From Albugo candida (Eukaryota): a DNA stretch of 64,000 bases. The stretch is from positions 1-64,000 of the forward strand of contig JBDOQK010000062.1 in the NCBI GenBank assembly GCA_040437565.1, in the 5' to 3' direction. Of this stretch, positions 36,956-51,900 are shown in pieces (position 1 is the first letter of the stretch; every line of letters starts with the position of its first letter). A program made the position numbers and the translations under genes. Below the pieces are notes generated by a model. It had not been told where the DNA came from, did no database searches, and saw only the letters and a program-made list of their open reading frames with translations.

Positions 36956-38900
36956 ATGGATGTCATGCAAGAACCCATCTCATTGCTCTGTAGACCACAA
37001 ACAACCATACTTTCTTGCCTTGAAATCGTCAACAATATCGAGGCACTTTTGGAATCGACTGCGACACGTATCTGGACATGTTCACCTTTGTCTGGCATCA
37101 AATTGAATCAACATTCCTACTTTGATTGTTACCAAACAAATGATTGCTCTTGTAGCTTCATCTGATCTATAATGAACAAGTTTCTTATCCGAGGAACGGT
37201 TGCTACCACTATCAAAATCACATGAAGTACTTGTGTGCGGTTGACAATGCTAAAGATTTCAAAAATACAAAAAGCTCTCAACTGCGTAGTAAATGTCTCA
37301 ATCCAGTCATAACGAGACAAAACAAGTTCGGGATTCTTCCGTTAGTGCATATGGAAACAAGCACTCATGCATGTGCTAAATCTCTGCTTTCATTCTTCTC
37401 GCATGTCCTGACACGGATTTCGCGCGCGTACTTATCGGCACAGTGTATTCCGAGCATGACTTTCTTACTTGAACGTGATAAATGTCAGGCAGGAAGTTCT
37501 GTTAAATGAAATTCCTGCCGAGTTCCATGAACGGTAATGCTCCACAGATGTAGACGCGTATATAAATAGAAGATTAAGTCTCTCGCTCGATCAAAAAACG
37601 ATGCAAAACAGCGTTGTCGACGATTTGGCGCATCGGTATGATAATGTATAATCCTTGCACTTGATCGATAAATTGATGGAGCATTGCGTTTTCTGTAGGT
37701 TTAAAGCTCAATTTGAGGACTGTAGGACAGAATCGAGCGAGTTTGAAGAGTCTCAGGACTGGTTTGTGAATGATCATAAAAGCTCCGAACACTTTCCAAC
37801 TACAGAGATAACGAATGAGACATCAAAGCCAAGCTGTGTATCGTCCCGGACAACCGCAGAAATGGGAGTCTGCGACATAATGGAGGATCCCACTCCGCCG
37901 GATACCTCGCTACCTTCAAATACTAGAGCCAAGTCAGCGAGCTTATTGAAGCGCATAGTAGCAAGTGGCTTTCGGCTTGGGGAGGAGATCGACCCGGAAG
38001 GTGCAGCATTCTTGCATCACATGCCAATCATTCCTGCTGGTGTTCTCGTTATGGAGCTTGGAAAATCAAAAGACCAGGTGCAGTAGTCATCCGTTTACTT
38101 GTCATACAAAATTGTAAAAAACGCTCAGCCGCCGAATAGGAAGTATGGTTCAAAATTTTTTCAAATCTATGTGCCGCAAGTTCATGAAAATCAACTGGAA
38201 TTTTGCATATATGCCCATCAGCGCCTCAATAAAAGCAAAATACGCTTCAGTTTTGACTCTCAAGCAACCTCCAAGTGGATTCATCCTATCTATTGCACTA
38301 AATTGCTCGTGCAGCATTATGGTAGTACAGAGTCGCCGATCGATTTAAAGTCAGCTCCGCATAGCACGAAGAGATTTAGACCACAAGGTACCAAGGCTGC
38401 ACGCAGATTTCAATTCCACGTTGAACAGGAAGTTCGAAAACAGGAACTCATAGTGCATTTGAATGCGCAGGTATGCGCTCATGATGAAGCGTATCAATTT
38501 TTTCATGCTGTACTGCTCATAGGCAAAGCTTCGACCATTGTTTCATCACCGAAGCGCTAGTGATGCTTCAAATGATTCGTCGGAGAGGGATAATGATATA
38601 TATCGTGCATTGATACAAAAGTTTATTAATCCAGTTGTGGAACTACGACGCGGAAATTCAGTCGTATTCAAAATCGAAAAAGAAGGGGTATGATGGTGAA
38701 AGAACGTCTTTATAATCGTTGTCATATACAAGTGTTTATCCAGGACTCGGGAAGCGAAAAGTATATCATCACGTATGCTAAACCATTCACTCTATTCATC
38801 AGGTATCACACACTGCAACCTATTTATGCCACTATAGCGTGAATCTAAGCCCTACAACAGCTGTTGCGTTGCAGTAGGAGTAGAAGCTAATCTTTTGGAA
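36956..38900 (+). CDS. Hypothetical multi-exon protein, boundaries uncertain
   Basis: Consecutive + strand open segments (36956, 37156, 37700-38077, ~38150-38471, 38523-38687) with GT/AG boundaries such as CAG|gtatgc..ctcatag; no recognisable domain. Confidence 0.4.
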
Positions 38901-38950
38901 GGATCATGAATTCAGGTGATAAAAAACCACTTTGGAGAAACATTATAGGA

Positions 38951-39787
<837 letters not shown>

Positions 39788-39820
39788 CTTTGGATGCAAA
39801 AACACTCGAAGCAACAAGGT

Positions 39821-39832
39821 AGTCACGTGACT
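39821..39832. promoter_or_regulatory. 12-bp perfect palindrome AGTCACGTGACT (E/G-box core) in a divergent promoter
   Basis: Seen directly, 33 nt upstream of the Rab ATG. Confidence 0.45.
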
Positions 39833-39955
39833 CTTCAAGATCTAAATCGCTCTAAGAATGTCTCATCGTGTCAACCAAAGTACCAGTAAGTCTAACAGCT
39901 GCTACATCAGTTAAGGTAAGTCGCAACGGATAAATGAAACGATCAAATTGAGAAT

Positions 39956-41472
39956 ATGGACGAGGCGAATAAAAGCGCATCTTTCAAGAATGAAAACACC
40001 AGCAATCATACTAAACCTCCACCTTCACTTCACAGTCAATCACTGAATAGCTTGGTGTCTGCTGCAAGAGAGAAAATGGTCTCACAGGGAAAGCGTTTAT
40101 TATCTCCTCTTAGTTCTGGAGAATTTGGGATTTCGATCGATAATGTACCAAAGTCTGGCGATAAATCACTGGAAGCTGATGATCCATCACTCAATGGACG
40201 TCACACAATAGACTCAACAAAGCTAAGGAAAGACAGGAAAAGTGAAGCGAATGATTCCGAGAATTTGGCACGGCAAGTAGGGCAACCGATCCTGTCCGAC
40301 ATGCATTCAGGGTTTTCTACGCAACAAAGGATGCTTTATTTAGAGCAACTTATTGAATTCCGCCGATCAGATTGGCAATATTTGAAGAAAATGCATCACG
40401 GGAAAAACTTTTGGTTGAATGTTGCTTTATTGGGTGATAATGAAGTTGGGAGCGTGAAAAGCGGAGCTCGAAGGAGTTTAAAGCTTTATTATCTGGGANN
40501 NNNNNNNNNNNNNNNNNNNNNNNNNNNNNNNNNNNNNNNNNNNNNNNNNNNNNNNNNNNNNNNNNNNNNNNNNNNNNNNNNNNNNNNNNNNNNNNNNNTT
40601 TAGAGCAACTTATTGAATTCCGCCGATCAGATTGGCAATATTTGAAGAAAATGCATCACGGGAAAAACTTTTGGTTGAATGTTGCTTTATTAGGTGATAA
40701 TGAAGTTGGGAGCGTGAAAAGCGGAGCTCGAAGGAGTTTAAAGCTTTATTATCTGGGACTCGGACTTGGTTGTTTCATAGGAGAATTGAAGCAGTCACAA
40801 CATTTTATAATCGATGCCTGCCAACTTCTGGAAGAACTGGAATTTCACTTTGCTTCAAACACCGTTCAAGGAATGGTAGGTGCGTCGTCTTATTCAAATC
40901 TTTGGATTTGCTAGAAATACTCAATCTCCATACGGATTAGAAGTTGATGGTGGCTACTCCCAGCACGTTGTACGAACGTCTGGATCTTAAAGACACAGAA
41001 AGAGAGATGATAATGCCAACTGAGCCGATTCGCCCAGTCATTTACAAATGGAATCAGAGAGCGGCATATCGGCGACTGTCAATTCCTTCTATTGTAAGTT
41101 GTCAATTTTCGTCTTTCATCTCATCATTCGGATGTGTGTTGTAGCCTTTTACATTGGATTATCGGGAAGTCGTGATATCAGTATGCGAGATTTTGGCGAT
41201 CGTATACAGCAAGATGATGGAGCAAAATAGCAGCTTTGAGAATACTTTCATTTTCCAGGCAATTGTGCGATTCGATGGAAAGCTAAAGGTAGCTCTTTCT
41301 CTTGCAGGCGATATGATGAAGTAAACGTATTTCTACGTAGAAACTCGTGCTCGATCCAATAAAGAAGGATTATCATGCTTTGGCTTCGCAAATGATCAAG
41401 TCGGAGTTGAGTCAGGTTGCTCGTGCAAATCGTTCGCTTTCCGAGCTACAAGCCCCTGCGATGGAAATGTGA
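39956..41472 (+). CDS. Conserved hypothetical protein, 4 exons
   Basis: Spliced reading ..RRSDWQYLKKMHHGKNFWLNVALL..LLEELEFHF..PFTLDYREVVISVCEILAIVYSKMM..IVRFDGKLKKLVL..EM*; gap duplication 40339-40498/40599-40758. Confidence 0.7.
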
Positions 41473-41516
41473 TCATAGAATATACCATGATGAAGTGTGA
41501 CTCTTTTATTTTAAAT

Positions 41517-42104
41517 TCATTTTTGTTCCTCCATAGCGACAGTCTTTCGTCGCGGTATAATCTCTTTATCTCTTAGAAACTTGATGATATGCTTTTCGGC
41601 ATGGGTGATTAGCTCTGGGATATCCGGTAACTGGCAAGATACAAAGCATTGTCGTTTCGCGGATACAGCTACCCGTTGTGCAATTTGTTGCTCCGAAAGC
41701 TCCGAAATTCCGACAACAGCTGTGACGAGAGGCATCGGGCTGTACGGTGTCTTGACTGCTGTTGACATGGAGCTACCGACATAAAGTGTTCAATGCGCAA
41801 AGCGGGAAGTTTGCGAATAGCAGGATTGCGAACCTGAAACGAGGTTGCTCATGACCGGAACCGATCCAGATGCAAATAGCCTTGGCAAGTACCCATATCT
41901 GAAATTACATGTTACACAACGATGTGTTTGACATGGAGATACTAATGGTAATCATACTTGCGCGACATATGTTTGTTCCATTAAGTTGCCCTGAAGCGTC
42001 ATCACCTCTAACTTTTGCGGTGCTGGATATGAGAAGATTAAACACGAGAGACATCTTTCAGCTGCATTCTGCGGACCTTTCTGAGCATCTGTAGTACTGT
42101 CCAT
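41517..42104 (-). CDS. PSMG4: Proteasome assembly chaperone 4 (PAC4)-like, 3 exons
   Basis: Spliced reading YVAQIWVLAKAICIWIGSG..RFSSMSTAVKTPY..QQIAQRVAVSAKRQCFVSCQLP..AEKHIIKFL. Confidence 0.72.
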
Positions 42105-42477
42105 TTCTAATCCAAACTTGCGTTCGGTATAGCAGTAGCTACTGGTGTCAAACCGATATACCGATGCAAATTGGGCTTTCGTCATTGCTTCGCACCCTAG
42201 CGATGTCATATGATGCACAAAAGCGACGAGCTCTTAAGTAGTCTCGAGATTGCGGCAATCTATTCAGATGCTTGAGCATCGAGCCGTCACCGCACACGGC
42301 GACTTGACTCACAAGACATTGTGCAGTGACAAACAGCTTCTCACTCACTTAATACTGTGTTTGCCATCCTTGTACATCATGCAAGGTCACAAACACACAC
42401 TAAATCGGTCAGATCACCGTTTTATCTTCAACAAAGACCCGCGCTGTAAATCAGTAAAAGTAATTCGCTTGTTTCCG

Positions 42478-43513
42478 ATGAGCACATTCGATTGGGTCTT
42501 CCCCGACTTTCGTGCGTTCATAATAGCGCAACAGTCACAACCTATCGATACAAAAACATCCTCCACCTTCCAAACTCCCTCTGGAATCCGCGACAATATA
42601 CCATGGCAGAAAGAGCATCAATTACGTCTCACAACGTGCACCTTTCTTTCCGATTTGGGAAAAACACTCGATCTTCCATCCATAGTCGTCATATCGGCTC
42701 AGTATCACATACAACGCTTCTATATGCTCCAATCGTTCGCAGAACACGATCGTTTCCTGGTTGCTACTGCTGCGTTGTTCATCGCATCCAAAACTGAAGA
42801 AAGCAAGCTCCAAATTCGTACTTTGACCGAAGGCTCACTATACCTCTTGATTCATACAAAACAGGCTTTGAATGATAGCTCACACGACGACCGGCCAGAT
42901 TACAGCCGCGTTTCTGAGTCTCATGCACGGGGTGGATCGCACGTCGATCGGCTACATGCTCTGATGGAGACGATGGATACTGATGAGATTGCGACTATAA
43001 CGAAAAAAGTGCTCTTATATGAACGAATTGTGCTGCTCACACTTTCGTTCGAAATTGGTGTTGCGCATGCGTTCTCTCACGTACTGACGCAAATGGATAA
43101 AGTGTTTGGACCGGATACCGGCTATGATCCTACAGCTTATGAGGATGCTCGAGTAGTTGCGTTTGCTTTGCTTAATGATTCCATCAAGCACAGTCTTTGT
43201 CTCGCCTTTACAAGCTTACAACTTGCAACCGTGGCTGTATATATAGCTATTCTATACACCCAAAGAATTCGGGTGGATACGCAACCACACGATCGTAAGC
43301 CCTGGTGGAGCATTTGGAACATGGATGCTTCCGAGTTGAGAGGTACTCGGTTGAAATGGGCTCGTGTATGAAAGGTGCTAATCCAAGTTTGTAGATATAG
43401 CAAAAGCGTTCCTGTGGATGTACCAAGATGCAAACGGGCAGCCTTCGAGGTTTTTGGGGAGGAAGATGAAAGAAATCTGGAATCGCTGTGATCCGACAAA
43501 GGATTCGTTTTGA
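42478..43513 (+). CDS. Transcriptional cyclin (cyclin T/K/L-like), 2 exons
   Basis: TPSGIRDNIPWQKEHQLR..FLSDLGKTLDLP..QRFYMLQSF..ATAALFIASKTEE..YERIVLLTLSFE; intron ~43344-43394. Confidence 0.85.
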
Positions 43514-44432
43514 AGCTGTGTATCTTATTCAGCTTACTCATCATTTGAATATCAATCAAATGGCTTCTGAAGGGTTACGAAGCTTCTATGCAATTCAGTG
43601 CATGGGAAACGGGCCTGTTGAACTATGAGTTATGCCCACGAACGAATTCGCCTTGGATTATCCAGAAGCCTTCTGATGTAAAATACTTGGAGAAAGCATA
43701 TGAGTATGTAGACTATACATTCCAAAGCTCCATCATACGTCATGCGTCTGTGCGTTGCCTGCTGGACTACATAAAAAGTTACTTTGGTTTGATCAAATAA
43801 TCTTGGGAAACAGCTTACTTTTGATGTGGCGTTCTGTCCGGATCTGCTGGAGCCGTTGTTCTGATTCGAGTTCTCCAAGTTTAATGTCCAAATGGGATAC
43901 GTATTTTGCCAAGACATTTACATGAGCTAAGAAGTAGGCATTACATCATTGCCAATACAAATCATACTGGTCTCTATCAATAGCTTACTTCGTTGTACCG
44001 GATGCTGCGACTGCAAAGTGTTTGTGACATGCGTGACCATAATCCCATTTTGATGCGGATTATGAAAACAAAGTTCATAGACTCCCACTTGGCTGCAGTC
44101 GATGGCTATAGNNNNNNNNNNNNNNNNNNNNNNNNNNNNNNNNNNNNNNNNNNNNNNNNNNNNNNNNNNNNNNNNNNNNNNNNNNNNNNNNNNNNNNNNN
44201 NNNNNNNNNNNTTCCTGTGGATGTACCAAGATGCAAACGGGCAGCCTTCGAGGTTTTTGGGGAGGAAGATGAAAGAAATCTGGAATCGCTGTGATCCGAC
44301 AAAGGATTCGTTTTGAAGCTGTGTATCTTATTCAGCTTACTCATCATTTGAATATCAATCAAATGGCTTCTGAAGGGTTACGAAGCTTCTATGCAATTCA
44401 GTGCATGGGAAACGGGCCTGTTGAACTATGAG

Positions 44433-45559
44433 TTATGCCCACGAACGAATTCGCCTTGGATTATCCAGAAGCCTTCTGATGTAAAATACTTGGAGAAAGC
44501 ATATGAGTATGTAGACTATACATTCCAAAGCTCCATCATACGTCATGCGTCTGTGCGTTGCCTGCTGGACTACATAAAAAGTTACTTTGGTTTGATCAAA
44601 TAATCTTGGGAAACAGCTTACTTTTGATGTGGCGTTCTGTCCGGATCTGCTGGAGCCGTTGTTCTGATTCGAGTTCTCCAAGTTTAATGTCCAAATGGGA
44701 TACGTATTTTGCCAAGACATTTACATGAGCTAAGAAGTAGGCATTACATCATTGCCAATACAAATCATACTGGTCTCTATCAATAGCTTACTTCGTTGTA
44801 CCGGATGCTGCGACTGCAAAGTGTTTGTGACATGCGTGACCATAATCCCATTTTGATGCGGATTATGAAAACAAAGTTCATAGACTCCCACTTGGCTGCA
44901 GTCGATGGCTATAGAATCAGTCGATACTGAACTACCCACAAAGGGCTAGATACCTTGGTTTTATCTCGTAGTCATCCTCCATTTCATCGCTCATTGTGTG
45001 CACAATATTTCCACTCGGATCTTGTACCTAAGACGAAAGTCTCAGTACGGTTATTTCTCTATGATAATGAAGCTTTTACCTCAAAGCGGACGACGCTGGT
45101 TTCATCAGTAGAAACTATATACGCACCCTTGATGATGTCATCGAGATCCTTAACATTGTGATAAAAGCATGACTTTTCTTTTTCTTCCACGAAGAAGGTT
45201 AATCCTTCAGAGGGATCAAAATCAAAATTTTCCAAGTCTGGATTTTCAATATCTTCTCCTAATGTCTCATCGTCAGCTTCGTCGTAGGGATGGAAGCCGG
45301 TGTCTTCATCGATAGGAGTGAGATCTTCTTCTTTTGGTGTATCCTGAGGTGGTGTTTTGACTTTATCGACGGTTGTGTCTTCCTTTTCGACTGTTTTTTG
45401 TACAGGTTTTTCTGTTTTCTCTGTTTTTGTTTCCGGAATCACAGTGTGTTCGACTATATCTTTGTCTTTGTCGGATGCTATTTGTTGCAGTAAGATAGTG
45501 GAAAGTAGCAATAGTAAGAAGATATTGGTGCTTCGACGCCATAAATGTAAGAGAGTCAT
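44433..45559 (-). CDS. p24/emp24 (TMED) GOLD-domain protein with long acidic N-terminal insert
   Basis: Signal peptide; LTFFVEEKEKSCFY, GVYELCFHN, coiled segment, TM IVYILICFLQVFYIRRLL; its 3' half is repeated at 43630-44111 (artefact). Confidence 0.85.
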
Positions 45560-45988
45560 CTTGTCCGCACGATATCGATACCACGAATAGTGCCTGGCTG
45601 CTACGATTGGAAGAAAACAATAAAAAGAGGTATTATCCACCAATAAAATAGCTGAACAGCATAAAGCAGTTTTTCCGACAAATGCAGGAGAAAAATCGCG
45701 GCACCGATACGTTTGATTGCGGCAAACGGATTAAAAAGAGAAGTACTATCAAGGATTAGTTATGGGCTCCCTTGAATCGCGCTCACACGCTCAAGCTAAC
45801 GGATTGTATAAAACAGAATTTCCAATTACACATTTTTCACCAATCCCTTCTCTGTAGACGGATCTTGAAAGGTCACGGATTTTCATGCAAAAACGAAGCG
45901 ACACAATTGCTCCCTAAAAAATCGCGTTTCAACTATTTCATTGTGTCACAAATATTTAGGCGACTAAGACAAGCATTAAACGCTCACA

Positions 45989-48900
45989 ATGGGAAATCCC
46001 CGCATGCAATGGATTGCACAACGAATCTTTGAAGCTTTTGAAACAAATGTGACCTCGAGCGATGTGAGTGAATTTCTATTGAATGATGTGGTTAAGAGTA
46101 CTTTTGACGACCTTTTGGTTGGAAAAGAACTTTGCAAGGTCTTCATACACTATGAAGATGAACCTATAGCTCCTTACGAGGTCGACAAACAGCTGCTTGA
46201 TCCTAATGCATCGGAGCATCAGGTTGTAGCTCGTGCGGCTAATCTTTGCCTCACATTAGGCTCATCAACACCTTTAAGGTCAAAATCCTGTTACTTTTTG
46301 CGTTTAACCATGGACAATAAACCAGTGGATGTCCAAAAAGCCTGTGACTCAACGCTATGTTTCGGTGAATTAGCACCAAATGTCTTGCGCGATTTAGGTA
46401 AAACACTTAGTTTTCTCTTTACTCCGCTTTTCAAGGCCAAAGATGATTGGGGCCGCGCCGATACGGAGCTCCGAAATGAATTTATGAACGAATCGGAAAA
46501 GTTCGCTACTGATCTCAAAGAAGCCCTCAATAGCATGTATAGTGGCTTGGAGCTCCGCCGGCCGAGCCCTGAGATCGTAGCAGACGCAACCGAATCATCT
46601 CGCACCTCTAGTGGTAGTAACAAAGTCCCTGGGACTTTACCAACACGCTCTATTCTCCAAGTAGTAGACTCCCCCAGACTAGTCTCTCACTATGAAGAAA
46701 TTATGAGAAACTGGTGTGACGTGATAACCGCATATATGGACACGAGCAACACGGGATCGACGGATGTGAATAACATCCTTCAAGATGAGAATGCGATCGA
46801 AGATGAAGGTCCAATGGGTGAGCTAGAGTACTGGAGGCACCGAATGCAGAGGATTATGAGTATCACCGAGCAGCTCAAAATGAGCGAAATGAAAGACATT
46901 TTCCTCGTCCTCCATCGAGCGTCTAAAAGCGTGCACGAAGATCTCCGCCAACGTGTCCAGAACCTCCTACGCCGTTGGAAACAGGTCGACATTCGCATCA
47001 CCGAATCGGTAAACGAAGCAAAGGATAACGCAAAGTATCTGTCAACACTGGAAAAGTTTCTCATCCCTCTATATAACGGGACTCCTAGCACGATCATAGA
47101 TACACTTCCGGCCCTAATGAATTCTATCAAAATGATCCATTCAATAGCTCGGTACTACAACACGAATGAACGAATGACGGGACTATTGGGGAAAACCACG
47201 AGTCAAATGATTTGTAATTGTAAGAATTATGTCACCGGTGGTGAATCGTACGAAATCTTGTGGGAAAAAGACCCAGAAGAGCTGGTTCGCCAGCTGAGCG
47301 CGTGTTTGAAGCTCAATGAAGCATACCAGAATCAGTATCGAGTTACGAAAGAAAAGCTTTTTAATTCAATTAAAGGCGGAAAACAGTTTGAATTCAATGA
47401 GATGAGAATATTTGGAAAATTTGATCTCTTTTGCCGTCGAGTGGTCAAACTCATTGACATGTTTACTACCATCCACCAATTCAGCGGCTTAGGATCACAT
47501 AAACTGGAAGGCATGGAAGACCTGATCGCTAAATTCAACGCCATCATCCGCGAGTTTCGGTACCGGAATCATGATCTCCTGGACTACAAAAACAACCGCT
47601 TCGATCGAGATTATGTCGAGTTCAATGTGCGTATATCCGATCTGGAAAGTCATCTTCAGAAGTTTATTCACGATTCTTTTGAAAACATCACTTCCATTGA
47701 GCATTCTCTGCGTATCTTACGCAAATTCCAAGCCATTTTGCAACGTGAAAACCTGAAATCTGACTTGGATTCAAAGTTTAATGTCATTTTCCAAAAGTAC
47801 GGAGTCGAATTGGAGCACGTGCTGCAAGAATACGAGCGAGAAAAGCACGCTCCTCCATACCCACGAAATCTACCACCGGTAGCTGGGAACATCACGTGGG
47901 CTCGTCATCTCTTACAGCGTATCGAGGAGCCTATGAAAAAGTTTGAGACAAATCAGAACGTTCTCGCAAGTAAAGACGCCAAACGAATCATTCGAATGTA
48001 CAACAAAGTCGCTCGGACGCTTGTGGCGTTTGAGTACATATGGTATCAGGCCTGGACGCAATACATCGACACTGCCAAGGCCGGCTTGCAAGCAACGCTC
48101 ATCATACGCCATCCCGACGATAACAAGCTCTACGTGAATTTTGACCCGGAGATCCTGCAACTTTTACGTGAAGCCAAATGTCTCGATCGTATAGGAATTG
48201 AGATCCCAGAAGCCGCCAAGATCGTCTTGTTACAGGAAGAGAAATTCAAGATGTATTACAATGAGCTTCAGTACGCGTTGTCCGAGTACGACCGGATCGT
48301 TAGCAAAGTGATTCCTGTGACAGCTGTACTTCTTCGACCGCATTTCAACGACATGGAGTTCAAATTACGTCCAGGGATGATCACACTCACGTGGACGAGC
48401 ATGAATATCCAAGCGTATCGAAATCACATCACCAACGGCCTACAACATCTCAAAGAGCTTGTGACGAATATCAACGATATCATTGAGAATCGAATAGAGA
48501 AAAACATGAGAATTGTGAGCAAAAGCATGCTCGTGGATCTTCCGTTGGATCAATCATTTGCCTTGGACGAATTTGTGCACCTTCAAACGAGTAATATCAA
48601 GAAAACCGGAGCTCTTTTACAAGGTAAAAACATGGAAATTGAGAATGCAGTCGACGATGTGGTCAAATGCATCACAAATTATCCATTAGACTCTCATATT
48701 GAGGGTGTATCTCATGAAGAGATTATTCGTCTGAAGCTCCATTACAATCATTTCATGTATCAGGCGTTACTTCACTGCACAAAGCGATCCTTAAACATGG
48801 TTAAAAAGCGGGTCTCTTGCCGATTGGAGTCGACATCAGGCTCCACTTGTGTCAGTGAGCGTCCCTTCTTTGAAGTGAATATCGAGCTACACATCCCTAA

Positions 48901-51900
48901 AGTCCAGCTTCATCCTTCTTTGGACGACATTCAGACTGCACTCAACCGAGCGGCTCAAACAGTCTTGAGCTGCTTTAAAGATATCTATGACTGGCCTGAG
49001 TCACCCAGAGCGGAATCGACTGCCAGCGCCACTATCGCTCCAGCGGGAAGCTCGGCGATAAAACCTGTCGTGAAAAAGAGTTTCTTTGAACGAATTACTA
49101 AAGATATTGAGATTGTTCGTGTCGTGTTGCTACTCACTGGAAGTGTGCAAGGGCTTCGTAATTCAGTGACAGAGTATTTGGAGGCTTTTCACGAGTATGA
49201 ATGGCTTTGGCGTGAGTCGAAAGAGACCGCTTACGACGCATTTATGAAAACGATACCTGACCTACAAGACTTTGAACGAAAGCTTCAATCGTTCGTCAAA
49301 TTGGAGCAAGAGATCGACCGGCTTCCAACTACGACCAATCTTGGAGCTTTGTGCCTCACAACCCGAAATCTCAAGCTACAGCTCACCCAGGAATCCAACA
49401 TATGGAAGCTGAAATTCAGCGATAATTTGCATCAACAAGCTCGTAAGAAAATGGAGTCGTTAAGCGAGTATTTCCGAGTGACAATGGGCAAATTAAACCG
49501 TAAGGTCACCGACTTGGATTCGCTTCGTTTTGTGATGAATTTGCTCAAGGAAGTGCGCATGCGTGAGTCGGGTATGAGCATGGAAATCAATCCTGTTTTG
49601 GACATGTACGAGATGCTTGAATATTATCTTCCTGAAGGTTTTATGGAGAAAGAAGAGATGGATCAAAAGTCTGTTCTCCGTAGTAATTGGCGCAAGCTCG
49701 TACATCATGCTGAAACGCGAACAGATGAGCTGAGTAAGACACAGGCCGGATTTAAACGCGGTCTCCTCAAAGATATCAAAGAGCTTATCGTGGATGTCAA
49801 GCACTTTCGGGAAGACTACCTCGCGAATGGTCCGATGGTGATTGGCATCCCGCCGTCAGAGGCCGTAGAGCGTCTGAATCGGTTCAAAGAAGAGTATAAA
49901 ATCCGAGAACGCAAGCACGAACTATACGCTTCGGGAGAGGAGCTGTTCGCGTTACCAAAAACAATGTATCCTGAGCTGGAAGCCACAAAGAAGGAACTCG
50001 CACTACAGGACAAATTGTTTGGATTGTACACAGACGTACTCGGCACATTGGAGGAATGGAAAACGATTCCTTGGGTTCTTATCGCTGAACAAATGCAAAC
50101 AATGACTGAAAAAGTCGATTCGTTTTCATTCCGCTGTAAAAAAATGCCCGCGAGACTGAAGGAATGGCAGGCGTATACGGTCTTATTGCGAATGATTGAC
50201 GACTTCACTGATATATTACCCCTCTTGCAAGAATTAAGCAAGGAATCCATCAAGCCCAGGCACTGGGATGCAGTGATGGAGAGAACGGGAACACATTTGG
50301 ACGTAACGCTGCCAGATTTCAAGCTACAAGCTCTTATCGATGCTAAAATCGTAGAGCATAAAGCCGAGATCGAGGAGATCACAGACGGAGCCGATAAACA
50401 ACTTAAGATCGAGCTGCAACTCCATGAAATCACAACGCATTGGGAGCTCGAGGATTTTCAATTTAGCGATTGGAAGGCTCGTAATGTGCCCATACTCAAA
50501 GCTGTGGTACCTATCGTCGAGGAATTGGAGGAAACGCAGTTGAATCTTCAGACAATGCTTTCCATGCGACACGTTCTCCCGTTCAAGGAACAAGCACAAC
50601 AGAAACTCGAGCAGCTCTCTGACACTTCCGAGACGCTTGAAAAATGGATCAAAGTGCAGATGCTTTGGTGCTCGTTGGAAAGTGTGTTTACAGGCGGCGA
50701 TATCGCGAAACAAATGCCTTTGGAGGCTAAAAAGTTTCAGAAAATAGATAAAGATTGGGCACGGATTATGACGAAATCGAGCGAAATGAAAAACGTCGTG
50801 CTATGCTGTGGAAACGAGCTTCTCAAATCGTGTCTTCCCGTCATGTACAGCGAGCTGGAAAAGTGTCAAAAGTCGTTGGAAGGATACTTGGAGCAGAAAC
50901 GCAACAAGTTTCCTCGCTTCTACTTTGTGTCAAATCCAGGCTTACTAATGATTCTCTCGCAAGGCTCTGACCCGCTGAGCATGAACGATCACTACGAAAA
51001 GGTATTTGACTCGATAGAGCGCGTGATTCACGACAAGAAGGACAAGACCATGATCCATACGATGCTCTCTGGTGTCGAAGAAGTTCGTTTCTCACAGGTC
51101 GTTAAAGCTCAAGGTAATATTGAAGATTGGCTTGCAACGTTGCTTCAGAAAATGCAAATCACTATGAAGGATCATTGTCGGCAATGTGCTGGCGATATCG
51201 CTGTTGTTGGAAGCGATCTCAAGCGCTTACGTGAGTTTGTCGATCGACATGTGGCTCAATTCGCGCTTTTAGGGATCCAAATGATGTGGACAATGGATCT
51301 TCAGACCGCTTTGGAGCAATGTCGTGTCAAGAAGAATTTGGTGAAAGACACAGCGACGAAGCAAGCTCAGGTCTTAACGGAGCTGTCCACTTGGTGTTTG
51401 AATGACTTGGGCTCCAAGCAGAATCGCATTAAAATCGAGACACTTGTCACGATTCACGTCCACCAGCGCGATGTGATGGCCGAGCTGGCGACGCTGTACA
51501 AGCAGAAGAAAATCTCCGACGCAAATGATTTCGAATGGCTCAAGCAAGCGCGGTTTTATTGGCGTCCCGGGAATGGCGATGAATGCAACCCCGACGGTGC
51601 TTGTGTGATAAGCATCACAGACGTTGATTTCAACTATCAGTACGAGTACTTGGGATCCAAGGAGCGTCTTGTGATCACACCACTCACAGATCGTTGTTAT
51701 ATCACTTTAGCGCAAGCGCTAGGAATGTATTTTGGCGGAGCGCCAGCAGGTCCAGCCGGGACGGGGAAAACAGAGACGGTGAAAGATTTAGGTCGGACTT
51801 TGGGCATTTATGTTGTCGTGACGAATTGCACAGATCAGCAGAAATACACCGATTGTGCCAAGATATTCAAAGGGCTCTGTCAAGGAGGTTTATGGGGCTG

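Noticed and set aside
43409-44915. Second p24 gene and second cyclin tail
   Set aside because: Gap-flanking duplicate
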